This document shows positions 10,043 to 21,448 of a stretch of 64,000 nucleotides of DNA, in pieces (positions within the stretch are counted from its first letter, which is position 1; each line of letters opens with the position of its first letter). Below the pieces are notes generated by a model. It worked only from the letters and a program-made list of their open reading frames with translations, did no database searches and was not told the DNA's origin. The stretch is from positions 56,331-120,330 of the forward strand of contig CARFUA010000001.1 in the NCBI GenBank assembly GCA_948976265.1. The letters are read 5' to 3'. The DNA comes from an uncultured Clostridia bacterium (GTDB taxonomy: Bacteria > Bacillota > Clostridia > TANB77 > CAG-508). The position numbers were made by a program, and so were the translations under genes.

Positions 10043-10280
10043 GATAAAATCCTCCTTTTAAAATATTAATTACAGTATATCTTAAAATGAGTAAGATAGC
10101 AAGAAAAAATACAAACTCAATATTACAATTATGTAACAAAATATAAAAAAATAAGAATAGACAACCTAGTGGGAGATTTTGGAAGAAAAATCAAAATAAA
10201 TATTTAAAAAAAGTTTATTTTGCTCTTGCCAAAAAAGAAAAAATTTTATACAATGCAATTAACACATAAGAATAAAAGGA

Positions 10281-11300
10281 GTGTTTAAAATAAAAAGGGT
10301 ATTAAAAAATACAGTAATTCACTTAAGAACTAGCTTTAAATTTGCGTTATTGCTAATCATTGGAATTGCGATGATATCATTTCTAGTTTTTGTAGTATAT
10401 AAGCCAATGTATAGTGTAACGTTAAATGGAGAATTCCTAGGATATACGTCAGATAAAAGCGAATTACAAAGCAAAATAAGTGAATATACCAAAAGTGGAG
10501 ATAGCCAAACAGTTGCTTTTGTTGAAATAGATACTTTACCAGAATACAAAATGTGCTTATTAAAAAAAGGATTGACAGCAAATGATTCTGAAATTTTATC
10601 AAAAGTAGTGAGTACAGGAACGCCTTATTATAAGTATTATGCAATTTTAGAGAATGGAGTAGAAAAGTGTTGGGTATCAACTTATGAAGAATCGGAAGGG
10701 ATTATTAGCCAATTAAAAGAGAAAAATAGTAGCAATAAAGACAATGTATCCTATGTTGTAAAATATGATACACAATTGGCTGAATTAACTAATACTGAGA
10801 CAGCAGTTGCTTCATTATATACAGCGCCAGTTGTAAATAAGAAAGTACCAACCACAACTTCGACAGGCAAAAATACCATTACTTACACAAATTCTTCTTT
10901 AGGACTAGCTTCGATTCAACAGCCAATTTCAGGACGTATTACCTCAAGATTTGGGGTAAATAGTAGAATTCGTTCTTCTGCCCATACGGGATTGGATATA
11001 GCCAATGCTTCAGGCACGCCGATTCTACCAATTGCGCCAGGAACCGTTACATATTCAGGAAGAAAAGGTTCATATGGTTTAATGGTAATTATCAGTCATG
11101 GAAAAAATGATAAAGGTCAAAAAATAGAATCATATTATGCTCATTGTAGTAGGTTAAATGTTAGTGTAGGGGACCGTGTGGATACGAATAGTATCATTGG
11201 ATTTGTTGGTTCAACAGGAAATTCAACAGGACCACATTTGCATTTGGAAATACGAATCAATGGGAAAGCAACCAATCCGCAAAATTACTTATATCATTAA
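10281..11300 (+). CDS. M23 family metallopeptidase (LytM-like) with an N-terminal TM helix.
   Basis: C-terminal HTGLDIA...YAHCS...GSTGNSTGPHLHLEI M23 motifs. The start codon is uncertain (GTG at 10281 or ATG at 10371). Confidence 0.8.
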   Translation: MFKIKRVLKNTVIHLRTSFKFALLLIIGIAMISFLVFVVYKPMYSVTLNGEFLGYTSDKSELQSKISEYTKSGDSQTVAFVEIDTLPEYKMCLLKKGLTANDSEILSKVVSTGTPYYKYYAILENGVEKCWVSTYEESEGIISQLKEKNSSNKDNVSYVVKYDTQLAELTNTETAVASLYTAPVVNKKVPTTTSTGKNTITYTNSSLGLASIQQPISGRITSRFGVNSRIRSSAHTGLDIANASGTPILPIAPGTVTYSGRKGSYGLMVIISHGKNDKGQKIESYYAHCSRLNVSVGDRVDTNSIIGFVGSTGNSTGPHLHLEIRINGKATNPQNYLYH

Positions 11301-11467
11301 TAATTTAAATAGGAAAAATAAATGAGAGCAATATTTTTAAAAATGTCAAGTACCTGATGATGTTAATACTACAGAAATAGTGAAGGAATTGACTAGATTT
11401 AAAAATAGTGCTTTCTTTTTATCATATTTTTAAAAGTGATTAATAAGATAATGAAGGGAGAGGAAAA

Positions 11468-12209
11468 ATGGAAAGTATAGGTACTATAACAATTTACGGG
11501 TTATTATTTGGTATGTTAGGGACGACTTTGGGGGGCTTGATTGGGGCATTTTTAAAAGTTCGTTCTAATAAAATATTGAGTTTTGTATTAGAATTTGCGG
11601 CTGGACTAATGACCGCTATTATTTGTTTTGATTTAATACCAGAAGCTTTAGAGTTTGCTAAGATAACGGGATGTCTAATTGGAATCATCATTGGCGTTGC
11701 GGTTATGATATTGTGCGATGAGATGATTAGTCGAATTAATTTTGCCAAAAAGGATGTAAAAAATAATACATTGTTTAAAACAGGAATGATTATTTGTGTT
11801 GGGCTTGCAGTGCATAATTTCCCAGAACGGATTGGCAATTGGTTCAGGATTTGATGCTTCTACAACATTAGGATTATCACTTGCGATTGCGATTGCCATT
11901 CATGATGTACCAGAAGGAATCTCCATTGCACTGCCGATTAACAACAGTGGATATGGAAAAGCTAAAGCAATTATTCTTACTGCGTTATCAGGAGTAACAA
12001 CAGGAATCGGTGCTTTTTTTGGGGCAATTATTGGAAATATTTCGAAAGAATTGATAGGATTTTCTTTGGCATTTGCAGCTGGAGCAATGCTTTATATTGT
12101 CTCTTGTGAGTTGATTCCAGAATCGAATAAAATGTATAAAGGAAGATTTTCATCTTTTGGGAATATCTTGGGAATTACATTAGGAGTTTTGGCAAATGTA
12201 ATAACTTAA
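11468..12209 (+). CDS. ZIP-family zinc/metal transporter (ZupT/GufA-like), interrupted by a +1 frameshift at an in-frame CGG (11828-11830).
   Basis: ORFs 11468..11854 and 11796..12209 cover the two halves. Deleting the C at 11828 restores the conserved HNFPEGLAIGSGF motif. Confidence 0.8.
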
Positions 12210-12223
12210 AAAAGTACAGAGAA

Positions 12224-12799
12224 TTAATCTGTACTTTTATTGTATTTTTCTAACATTCTTTTTTGATAAGGAATTAATGAGAAGAACGAAACAACAAGAG
12301 AAAGTTCCAAAATAATAGTGGAAGAAAGTTTGCTAAGTAAAGAACTCTCGTATTCTTCTTCGATTTTTGTAACAACTTGATTGGCAAAATCTGGGGAGAT
12401 AATTTCGTAAGTTTCATAGGTTTGCTCAATGGCAGTTATATAAATGAAATTATGAACCCACAAATAAGCTATACAACCCAAGATAGATAATAAAATGCAA
12501 ATCACGAAAAATAAATTCATTTTTCGTAAAAAAGGATGACAATATTCTTCTGATAATTTAAGTTTTTTAAAACTTTCAATGGTACTGGTTCGACATACAA
12601 AATGTAATAAATAAAAAATGACAATAGCACTCATGAAAGAAAGTGTTATAGATAGAAAAATATTGGAAATATCATGTAGCGCGCATTTGACAATGATAGT
12701 AACTAAAATAAAGATAAATCCTATTAAAATCCCATAAGATAAAAATAAAATAAGATTTGATTTTAAAGTTTTCTTAAAATTTGTTTCTTTTGTTTCCAT
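12224..12799 (-). CDS. Hypothetical polytopic membrane protein.
   Basis: 191 aa ORF with several hydrophobic helices. Confidence 0.45.
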   Translation of the reverse strand: METKETNFKKTLKSNLILFLSYGILIGFIFILVTIIVKCALHDISNIFLSITLSFMSAIVIFYLLHFVCRTSTIESFKKLKLSEEYCHPFLRKMNLFFVICILLSILGCIAYLWVHNFIYITAIEQTYETYEIISPDFANQVVTKIEEEYESSLLSKLSSTIILELSLVVSFFSLIPYQKRMLEKYNKSTD

Positions 12800-13037
12800 A
12801 AATTTCTCCTTTGAATAATATAAATAATTATATCATATAGAAGAAAATTAGGGCAAGCCTTTTTGAAAAATTAATTTTGAGTAAGTAAAAATAATGCATT
12901 TCTAAAAGATAAATTGTAATTTTAAGAAATGCTTTTTTGAATTTATCGTGAAAACTTCGTGAATTTTCACATATTAACTTGAAAAAAAAAAGCATAACTG
13001 ATATGATAAGATAAAAATTTACAATTAGGCGGAAAAA

Positions 13038-14207
13038 ATGATGGAAGAAAAACCAAAGATACGTTCAAAAAAAAATCTTTTTAAAATAGGAATATCTTGT
13101 TTTATCATTATTTGCGTAATATATGTGTTAGCTAGTTATTTAATAAACGATGAATTTAGAAGTATGGTTGATACAAAGATTTTAAAAAAAGAAGTGACAG
13201 AGAAATCATCTAAGGTGATTGAAATAAATTCTGATGGCAATCCATACTTATTTGCTTACGATAGATATATAACTGTACTGAGTAAAAATGTTTTGACTTT
13301 ATATAATCAAGACGCAAATGCTGTATCCAAAATAGATGTTAATATTACAACCCCATATATGACGGCAAATAATAAATATCTTGCGTTAGCAGAAAAAGGT
13401 GGGCAAAAATTATACTTAATTTTTGATACAGGTATAAAGTGGGAGAAAGATATTGAAGGGGAAATTTATCGAGTAAATGTAAACCAGAATGGCTATGTTT
13501 CGGTACTTTTTAAGAATACAACTTATAAGTCATTGGTAATAACTTATAATCCAGAAGGAAAAGAGTTGTTCCGAAATTATTTAGCAAGAGGGCATGTAGC
13601 AATATGTTCTGAAATTTCAGGAAATAATAAATATTTAGCAATCGGACAAATTGATTATTCTGGGGCGATTGTAAAATCAAATGTAAAATTAGTATCCATG
13701 GATGCTGCAATAAATAATGAACCAAATACGCATTTATATACGTATGAATCTGAATCAAGTAGAATTTTAAATAACATAAAGTTTAATAGCAAAAACGAAG
13801 CGATTTGTATGTTTGATTCATACATTCAAAAAATTACGACGTCATCTGATGAAAGATTGTATGATATAACAGATGAAAATATATTTTTGGATATTAATTT
13901 AGGGGATAATATAGTAATTGTTGAAAAAGAAAATTCAGGTTTATTTTCTCATCAATACCAAATGAATATAAAAAGTACCACAGGAAAAAGTGATAAATTA
14001 TACATTTTAGAAAAAGATGTGCCTAAAGAATTGGCGCTAACGCGAAATTTGATTTGTATTCGACTAATAAATGAAGTAAGTGTAATTAATCCAAGTGGTT
14101 GGCTAATAAAACGTTATACAACCGATCGCGAAATGCAAAATATGTTATTGGGTGATAGTATTTTGGGAATTGTATATAATAATAAAATTGAAGTAATTGG
14201 ATTATAA
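13038..14207 (+). CDS. Hypothetical protein with an N-terminal TM anchor.
   Basis: 389 aa ORF with coding-like composition and no recognisable domain. Confidence 0.45.
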   Translation: MMEEKPKIRSKKNLFKIGISCFIIICVIYVLASYLINDEFRSMVDTKILKKEVTEKSSKVIEINSDGNPYLFAYDRYITVLSKNVLTLYNQDANAVSKIDVNITTPYMTANNKYLALAEKGGQKLYLIFDTGIKWEKDIEGEIYRVNVNQNGYVSVLFKNTTYKSLVITYNPEGKELFRNYLARGHVAICSEISGNNKYLAIGQIDYSGAIVKSNVKLVSMDAAINNEPNTHLYTYESESSRILNNIKFNSKNEAICMFDSYIQKITTSSDERLYDITDENIFLDINLGDNIVIVEKENSGLFSHQYQMNIKSTTGKSDKLYILEKDVPKELALTRNLICIRLINEVSVINPSGWLIKRYTTDREMQNMLLGDSILGIVYNNKIEVIGL

Positions 14208-14225
14208 TGGAAGAAGGAGGCAAGT

Positions 14226-14909
14226 ATGAGCGGTATAGTAGTGGATTTAATACTGTTTTTTATCTTAGTAGGAAATGCTATTCTAGGTTATAAAAGAGGC
14301 TTGGTACGTGTTATATTTAATATATGTTCTTCCTTGATTGCCATTGTTTTAGTTTTAATATTATATGTGCCAATCACGAATTATATCATTAATAAAACGC
14401 AGATATCACAAAAGTTAGAAAATGTTTTTGAACAAAAAATCGCGGTTTTATTTGAAGAAGATTCAATCGAAACAGCCGAACAATTACAACAAAATAGTAG
14501 TATGATCAGCATTTTTAAGATATTTGCAGACGTTGAAGAAGGCAGTTTGATTGAGGAGACAACAGATAATATTACTAAATATTTATCAACGCAAATTTCA
14601 CATAAAATACTAAGTGTATTGGTATTTTTTGGATTGTTTGTGGGGATAAGATTAGTATTATTTGTTTTAAGAAATTATGTAGAATTGATTGCTAATCTTC
14701 CAGTTATCAAATTATTCAATCAATCAGGTGGAATGATATATGGTGTTATAAAAGGATTTTTGGTGATTTATATAGTGTTGGCGGTATTATCATTATTATT
14801 GCCAAGTATCCAAGACACGATTGTTATAACTGCCATTCAAAAGGCACCAATTGGAAGCAAAATGTTTAATCATAATATTATTTTAAATTTAATTTTTAAA
14901 TTTTTATAG
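14226..14909 (+). CDS. CvpA-family membrane protein.
   Basis: N-terminus MSGIVVDLILFFILVGNAILGYKRGLVRV is typical of CvpA. Four TM helices. Confidence 0.65.
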   Translation: MSGIVVDLILFFILVGNAILGYKRGLVRVIFNICSSLIAIVLVLILYVPITNYIINKTQISQKLENVFEQKIAVLFEEDSIETAEQLQQNSSMISIFKIFADVEEGSLIEETTDNITKYLSTQISHKILSVLVFFGLFVGIRLVLFVLRNYVELIANLPVIKLFNQSGGMIYGVIKGFLVIYIVLAVLSLLLPSIQDTIVITAIQKAPIGSKMFNHNIILNLIFKFL

Positions 14910-14925
14910 TACAGGAGATGATTTA

Positions 14926-16002
14926 TTGGGAAAAAATAAGAAAAGTAAAAAGAAGAAAAATGGAATCGGAAAAATATTATTTGTTTGTATCGTATTTTTG
15001 TTGATTGGATTAGGCGCATATTTGGGATATTCGATATCAATTAATGGAGGTGGCTTGCAAGGATTTTTGGCGACAATTTTGGATCAAGATGCCACTAAAT
15101 TAGAAAATTTGGATACGATAAATGTTTTATTATTAGGCGTTAGCCAAGATCTTGATTCAGAATTAACAGATACAATTATGGTATGCTCCTATAATCCTAA
15201 AACCCAGAAAGCATCTATGCTTTCCGTACCAAGGGATACATTCGTTGGAAAAAATAAAGCGAAGGCATCTGGAAATGATAAAATAAATGCAATGTACGCT
15301 AGAAAAGGTCCAGAAGAAACAATGGAATATGTAGAAAAATTAACTGGAATGGAAATTAAGTATTACGTTGTTGTAAATAATCAAGTTGTAATTGACTTAG
15401 TAGATGCAATTGATGGTGTATATTTTAATGTTCCAATTGACATGAAGTATGACGATAAAACCCAAAATTTGCATATACAATTAAGTGCAGGTTATCAAAA
15501 AATAGATGGAGAACATGCTGAGCAATTATTAAGATTTAGACATAATAATAATGGAACTTCTTATCCAACGGAATATGGAGATAATGACTATGGAAGAATG
15601 AGAACGCAAAGAGAATTCATGATGGAAGTTGCCAAACAAACTTTGAATTTAAAAAATATAACACGTATCAAAACAATAACATCTGCGATTTTTGAAAATG
15701 TAGAAACCAACTTAACTTTAGATGATATATACGCGTATTTGCCTTGGGCAGTTAGTTTTGATACAGCCAATATCAGCAGTAATCAAGTACCAGGAGAATC
15801 CGAAAAATGTAACGGACTGTGGTTTTTTGTACACAGTCAAAAGCAAACAACACAAGTTGTTTCAGAAATGAACAACTACTTAGAAGGCATTGAAGCAAAC
15901 GAAGAAAGTATTTCCAATACTACAAATACAACGAATACTGTAAATACTACCAATAAGAGCAATACTACAACAAACACAAAAACGCCAAAAAGTAAAAAAT
16001 AA
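14926..16002 (+). CDS. LytR-CpsA-Psr (LCP) family cell-wall glycopolymer ligase. TTG start.
   Basis: LCP core LLLGVSQD...DTIMVCSYNP...LSVPRDTFV. AGGAG lies 8 nt upstream of the TTG. Thr/Asn-rich C-terminal tail. Confidence 0.8.
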   Translation: MGKNKKSKKKKNGIGKILFVCIVFLLIGLGAYLGYSISINGGGLQGFLATILDQDATKLENLDTINVLLLGVSQDLDSELTDTIMVCSYNPKTQKASMLSVPRDTFVGKNKAKASGNDKINAMYARKGPEETMEYVEKLTGMEIKYYVVVNNQVVIDLVDAIDGVYFNVPIDMKYDDKTQNLHIQLSAGYQKIDGEHAEQLLRFRHNNNGTSYPTEYGDNDYGRMRTQREFMMEVAKQTLNLKNITRIKTITSAIFENVETNLTLDDIYAYLPWAVSFDTANISSNQVPGESEKCNGLWFFVHSQKQTTQVVSEMNNYLEGIEANEESISNTTNTTNTVNTTNKSNTTTNTKTPKSKK

Positions 16003-16068
16003 AATGGATAAAATTTTCAAAAAAAGCTTGCTTTTTTCAAAGCAAGCTTTTATAATAGAAAAAGGAAT

Positions 16069-17313
16069 TTATTTCCTAAATTTTTTCTTTTTCACTTTTT
16101 TCTTAGTTGATATTTTCAAAATCATAACCCCAAACATCAACAATAAAATTCCACCAATTAAAACGACGATTTCGATATTTAATTTTTTTTCAACATTAGA
16201 TTTAGCTAAAAGTTCAGTCGAATATTCAATTCCATCAATTGTATAAGTAATGCTTCCCAAGCTATCACCAGTTTGAATTGGTGCTTCTAAATTTTCATGT
16301 AAGGTTATACTTGGAGCTAATCCATCCAAATCCAATTCTTTTTTGAGATAAGCAAATAATGTATCTTTTGTGATTAAATCTAAATTTTTGGTATCCTTTG
16401 TTCCATTTTTTATTTCAATAGTTTGAACAATATCTTTTTCTTGAACAATATCAGAAAATTGGAAGTTGTCAAAACCATAGTCGAATAAAGCTTTTGTATC
16501 AAGATAACGTTCACTTAAACCTTCAGCATTTGTGCCAGCGTGTAATGTAACAGAAATTAATTCAACATCATTTTTTCTAGCTCCAGCAATTAAACAATTT
16601 CTGGCTTCAGTTGTATATCCTGTTTTGATACCAATAACATTCTCATCATAATAACGACTGTTTGGACGAAGCATATCATTTGTTGTTAAACAAATTCTAT
16701 CTGCAGTTGGATGCTTATTTGTTGCAGGTAAGGTATAAGATTTTGTGGAAACATAATTTCTAAAAGTTTCATTTTGCATTCCATACATAGCCATAATCGC
16801 TAAATCGTAAGCAGTAGAATAATGGTCTTCGTGATGAATTCCATTTGGATTGACAAAATGAGTATTTTTACAACCCATCTCTTTTGCTTTTTTATTCATC
16901 ATATCTGCAAAATTTTCAACAGAACCACCAATATGTTCTGCCAGAACGACAGCAGCATCATTTGCAGATTTTACCATCAAAGCATACATTAAATCATTCA
17001 CAGAAAGTTCTTCCCCTTCATGTAAATTACAATTAACATATCCATTTGGAATAGAAAAAATAGCGTTCTTACTAACGACAGCTTTTTCTTTCAAATCACA
17101 GTTTTCCAGCACCAAAATAGCAGTTAGGATTTTTGTTGTACTTGCTGGATACATTTTATCATAAGCATTTTTCTCATATAATATTTTTCCAGTTGTTGGT
17201 TCCATTAATATTACAGCAGTAGAAGCAATTGTTGGCTCAGAGGCGAAATTGAAATTTGTAAAAACCAAGCAAAACAGGATAAATATCATAAAAATTTTTC
17301 TTTTGCAATTCAT
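16069..17313 (-). CDS. D-alanyl-D-alanine carboxypeptidase (PBP5/DacB-like serine peptidase).
   Basis: Signal peptide. The ASTTK (SxxK) active-site motif lies in the context AVILMEPTTGKILYEKNAYDKMYPASTTK. Confidence 0.85.
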   Translation of the reverse strand: MNCKRKIFMIFILFCLVFTNFNFASEPTIASTAVILMEPTTGKILYEKNAYDKMYPASTTKILTAILVLENCDLKEKAVVSKNAIFSIPNGYVNCNLHEGEELSVNDLMYALMVKSANDAAVVLAEHIGGSVENFADMMNKKAKEMGCKNTHFVNPNGIHHEDHYSTAYDLAIMAMYGMQNETFRNYVSTKSYTLPATNKHPTADRICLTTNDMLRPNSRYYDENVIGIKTGYTTEARNCLIAGARKNDVELISVTLHAGTNAEGLSERYLDTKALFDYGFDNFQFSDIVQEKDIVQTIEIKNGTKDTKNLDLITKDTLFAYLKKELDLDGLAPSITLHENLEAPIQTGDSLGSITYTIDGIEYSTELLAKSNVEKKLNIEIVVLIGGILLLMFGVMILKISTKKKVKKKKFRK

Positions 17314-17406
17314 AAAAAACTCCTTAAAACTTTTTCTACTATCATATCTCAAATTGATACGAAATTCAACATAAAATTCAAATAAAATTAGAAAGGAATG
17401 ATAAAT

Positions 17407-18021
17407 ATGGATAAACAAAAAATAATCAAAATTGCGATAGTCATTATTATAGCAATTCTAGCTATCGTATATTACATTTCAACCAATCAAAACACAGCGG
17501 ATTATGAAGATATTTTAACCAATGCCGCAATTGTAGAAAATAAAAAAGAAGAACCAAACACAAAAGAAGAAAAAAACAAAATCAAAGTATATGTAGCAGG
17601 AGAAGTAAATATACCAGGTGTGCTTGAATTAGAAGAAGGAGCCAGAATTGAAGATGCCATACAAGGTGCTGGAGGAGTAAAAGTGGAAGCCGATTTAAAA
17701 AATATCAATTTAGCCTATGAAATTTCGGATGGAGAAAAAATTTATATTCCCAATACGGCAGAAGCTGAATCCGAAGAAAGCGGAAATTCTTCGGATGTTT
17801 CTTCTGGAAACAACAGCAATTCGAATGGAAAAATCAATATTAATAAAGCGACTGCCACAGAACTCACAAGTGTTCCAGGAATTGGAGCTTCAACGGCACA
17901 AAAAATTATTACGTATCGTGAAGAAAATGGAAAATTCCAAGCAATTGAAGATGTCAAAAAAGTATCTGGAATTGGAGATAGTAAGTTTGAAAGTATGAAA
18001 GAGTATATTTCAGTAAAATAA
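17407..18021 (+). CDS. comEA: Competence protein ComEA (helix-hairpin-helix DNA-binding).
   Basis: C-terminal ININKATATELTSVPGIGASTAQKII...GIGDSKFE tandem HhH motifs. Confidence 0.8.
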   Translation: MDKQKIIKIAIVIIIAILAIVYYISTNQNTADYEDILTNAAIVENKKEEPNTKEEKNKIKVYVAGEVNIPGVLELEEGARIEDAIQGAGGVKVEADLKNINLAYEISDGEKIYIPNTAEAESEESGNSSDVSSGNNSNSNGKININKATATELTSVPGIGASTAQKIITYREENGKFQAIEDVKKVSGIGDSKFESMKEYISVK

Positions 18022-18108
18022 AATTTTCATCAAATCATCTTTTGCTATTGATATTATATACATATTTTGATATAATATGCCTATAATAAAGATATGGAGG
18101 TGCATATT

Positions 18109-18366
18109 ATGCCAATTATTAGACCAAGTTCAGATTTAAGGAATAAATATAATGAAATATCCAACCTATGTCATGAAACAAACGCTCCGATATACATTAC
18201 CAAAAATGGAACTGGTGATTTAGCAATTATGAGTATAGAGTTGTATGAATGTTTAATTGAGAGATTTGAGATATATGGAAAAATAGAAAAAGGACTTAAA
18301 TCTGTAAAAAATGGAGAAGAATATTCAGTAGATGAAGTTTTTGACGAAATAGAAGGCGAGGTATGA
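18109..18366 (+). CDS. Type II antitoxin, Phd/YefM family.
   Basis: 86 aa. GGAGGTG RBS. The stop overlaps the toxin start (ATGA). Confidence 0.65.
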   Translation: MPIIRPSSDLRNKYNEISNLCHETNAPIYITKNGTGDLAIMSIELYECLIERFEIYGKIEKGLKSVKNGEEYSVDEVFDEIEGEV

Positions 18367-18367
18367 A

Positions 18368-18670
18368 TTGAATCATTATACAATAAAAATTACAAAAGAG
18401 GCGAAAGATGATTTAAAATTAATTAAAAACTATTTAGCCGATAATTTACAAGAGTTAATTATAGCCAATAAAGTCATAAGGAAATTAAAAGAAAGCATAA
18501 ATAGTCTTTCAAGTTTTCCAGAACGTTTTCCGATTGTAAGTGATTATTATCTTTCAATACGAAATTTAAGAAAATATACGATTGATAAATATATCATTTT
18601 TTATACGGTAGAAAGAGATAAAAAAATAGTACATATTATTAGAATTCTGCATGGTAAGATTGACTGGTAA
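18368..18670 (+). CDS. Type II toxin, RelE/ParE family.
   Basis: 100 aa. The C-terminal IIRILHGKIDW motif is typical of ParE/RelE. Translationally coupled to the upstream antitoxin. Confidence 0.65.
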   Translation: MNHYTIKITKEAKDDLKLIKNYLADNLQELIIANKVIRKLKESINSLSSFPERFPIVSDYYLSIRNLRKYTIDKYIIFYTVERDKKIVHIIRILHGKIDW

Positions 18671-18743
18671 AAAGAATCGATTTTTATTAAAATCGACTCT
18701 TCTAACTATTTTGCTTTTCATTGGCTTGTTTTTTCGATAGTTT

Positions 18744-19871
18744 TTATTCCATTAACAACACCTTACAAATACTTTCTGTCGAATTTGGCTTTGCCAAAGA
18801 AAGCGTATTTTCTTTCATTAAAGCTAATTTATGTGGGTCGCGATATAAATTTTTTAGAACTCTTGCAATATTATCATTTTTCTTAATCCAAACAGCGACG
18901 CCTTTTTCCACTAAAAATTCAGCATTTTCTTCCTCTTGACCAGGAATTGGATTAATCAGGATCATAGGCAAATGAGAGGTCAAACTTTCAGTTGAAGTAA
19001 GCCCTCCAGGTTTTGTAATAACAAAAGATGAAACAGACATCAATTCAGGCACTTTATCGGTATATTCTAGGACTTTGATTCGTTCTTCAGAATCTGTATT
19101 TTTCACAAGTTCCTCGAATTTAGCTTTCATTTTTGGATTTTTTCCAGAAATTGCCACAACTTGAAGCTTCGAAAATAAACGAATCAATGATTTTAATACC
19201 ATAACCGTTGTTTTGTTTCCCAATCCAAATTCTCCGCCTGCAAAAAATAATACAATTTGCTCGTCTGGATTTAAGTTAAATTCCTGTGCAATTTGTTTTC
19301 GGTCATAATCTTGTTGAAATTTATCTGACACAGGAATGCCTGAAACGAAAATTTTGTCTTCCTTAATTCCATATTCTATCATATCACTTTTCATTTGATT
19401 ATTAGCAACAAAGAAAAAATCGCAATATTCATGAAAAGCCAGCCATTGCCCATGAATGTGGAAATCCGTTAAAATAGTAGCCAATTTGCAATCAATTTTT
19501 CCTTTTTTCTTCAAAAATCCACACATTTGCGTGCCAAATGGATGCGTCGAAATAATTAAATCAGGGCAAAAATCTTGCAATAAAGTATTCAGCTTTATAG
19601 AAAAAAGCCTATTTGAAGTAGTAACGGCTTTAGAAGTAAGTCCATCATTAGCTAGATGATAGGCAGTTTTCCAAGCAAAAGGGATTTTTTTTGCTGCTTC
19701 ATTATAACTATCTGACAATAATTTATTCAAATGCTTATTAATATATTCAATACAATCCACCAATTTTATTTCAATATCTGAATAATTATTTTTTATATGA
19801 TTCTCAATCGATTTTGCAGCCGACAAATGACCGCCACCATAAGAACTATAAAATACTAAAATTTTTTTCAT
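18744..19871 (-). CDS. MGDG-synthase-family glycosyltransferase (UgtP/YpfP-like diglucosyl-diacylglycerol synthase).
   Basis: N-terminus ILVFYSSYGGGH and a GT-B C-terminal fold pattern. Confidence 0.7.
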   Translation of the reverse strand: MKKILVFYSSYGGGHLSAAKSIENHIKNNYSDIEIKLVDCIEYINKHLNKLLSDSYNEAAKKIPFAWKTAYHLANDGLTSKAVTTSNRLFSIKLNTLLQDFCPDLIISTHPFGTQMCGFLKKKGKIDCKLATILTDFHIHGQWLAFHEYCDFFFVANNQMKSDMIEYGIKEDKIFVSGIPVSDKFQQDYDRKQIAQEFNLNPDEQIVLFFAGGEFGLGNKTTVMVLKSLIRLFSKLQVVAISGKNPKMKAKFEELVKNTDSEERIKVLEYTDKVPELMSVSSFVITKPGGLTSTESLTSHLPMILINPIPGQEEENAEFLVEKGVAVWIKKNDNIARVLKNLYRDPHKLALMKENTLSLAKPNSTESICKVLLME

Positions 19872-20000
19872 AAAAACTCCTTAAATTTATTTAGCATTAT
19901 AAATTTTTTAAAATTATATCATGAAAAAATCAAAATTACAATATTTGGAATATTAAAAACAATTTTGGAAAAACTAATAAAAATTAAGGAGGAATATAAA

Positions 20001-21353
20001 ATGAATAATGGTGTAAAAACGAAAATACTTACAATAACGACAATTTTATTAGCAGTTATTAGCATTACAATTGGATATTATGCTTATCATAGAAACCAAA
20101 GTTATGCGACATTTCAAGTCAATCGCTATAATGAATCATTTGGAAATTTAGTCAATTATATGAATAGTGTGGAAAGTTTGCTTGCCAAATCTATGATTTC
20201 CAAAAGTCCAGAATATGCAGCAGAAAGCTTAACCGAAGTTTGGAGAGATTCCAATTTAGCATTGGTTTATTTAAGTGGAATTCCCATGAATACAGAAGAA
20301 CTTTCCCAGACAGCCAAATTCTTAAATCAAGTTAGCGACTATTCGTATTCATTATCCCGAAAAAATATTCAAAATGAAGAATTATCAGAAGAGGATTTTG
20401 AAAACCTAAAAACCTTGCATCAATATAGTATTCAATTAGAAAATACATTAAATCAATTATCCGAAGAATTATATGCAGGAACCATCAAATGGGATGATTT
20501 AACCAAGAATAATTCCCTAGAATATGCCCAAGCAGTTGACAACATCTCAGTATTTTCCAATATTGATTCAAACTTAAAACAATACGAAGGTTTAATTTAT
20601 GACGGAGCTTACTCCGACCATGTCAATAAAGCAGAAAAAGTCGGATTAGTCGGAAATGATATTTCCCAAGAAGAAGCACAACAAAAAGTTCAAGAATTTT
20701 TGGGGGAAGACAAAATCGAAAATATACAATTCAATCAATTTCTAGAAAATGCAGATATTCCAAGCTATGATTTTTCAGTCAAATTAAAAAACCAAGAAAA
20801 TACAATCAATCTAGAAATTGCCAAAAAAGGTGGAAGCATTGTTGAAATGCAAAACAATCGAGAAGTAACAGAAGAAAAACTATCGCAAGAGCAAGCCAAT
20901 GAAATTGGAAAACAATTTTTGGCGCAAAAAGGTTTCAAAAATATGAAAGAAACCTATTTTACCAAATTATCCAATGTTGTAACAGTGAATTATGCTTACG
21001 AATACGACGGAATCATTGCCTATCCAGATTTAATAAAAGTCAAAATAGCTTTAGACAACGGGGAAATTTTAGGAGTTGAAACCAATGGTTATTTGAATTC
21101 ACATACAAGTAGAGATTTTGGCGCCGTAAAATTAACAATCGATGAAGCACGAGCCAAACTAAATTCCAATTTAAAACTTTTAGACGAAGGAATGGCAATT
21201 ATCCCAACGGAATGGAAAACGGAAATTCTATGTTATGAATTTAAAGGAAAAGTAGAAGATAGAGAATTCCTCGTTTATATTAACTGTGAAACAGGGGAAG
21301 AAGAAGATATTTTAGTTATCCTAGATACACCAGGCGGAACTTTAACTGTATAA
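20001..21353 (+). CDS. ypeB: Germination protein YpeB (PepSY domains).
   Basis: N-terminal TM helix, then a YpeB-like region (YATFQVNRYNESF...LSGIP) and C-terminal PepSY repeats. Confidence 0.7.
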   Translation: MNNGVKTKILTITTILLAVISITIGYYAYHRNQSYATFQVNRYNESFGNLVNYMNSVESLLAKSMISKSPEYAAESLTEVWRDSNLALVYLSGIPMNTEELSQTAKFLNQVSDYSYSLSRKNIQNEELSEEDFENLKTLHQYSIQLENTLNQLSEELYAGTIKWDDLTKNNSLEYAQAVDNISVFSNIDSNLKQYEGLIYDGAYSDHVNKAEKVGLVGNDISQEEAQQKVQEFLGEDKIENIQFNQFLENADIPSYDFSVKLKNQENTINLEIAKKGGSIVEMQNNREVTEEKLSQEQANEIGKQFLAQKGFKNMKETYFTKLSNVVTVNYAYEYDGIIAYPDLIKVKIALDNGEILGVETNGYLNSHTSRDFGAVKLTIDEARAKLNSNLKLLDEGMAIIPTEWKTEILCYEFKGKVEDREFLVYINCETGEEEDILVILDTPGGTLTV

Positions 21354-21448
21354 AAACTTGACACTTTATGTAAAATATGATATTATAATAATCAAGTAAC
21401 GTAGATACAAGCTAAAAAATAATTTTTTTAATTGGAGGAGGAAATGAC

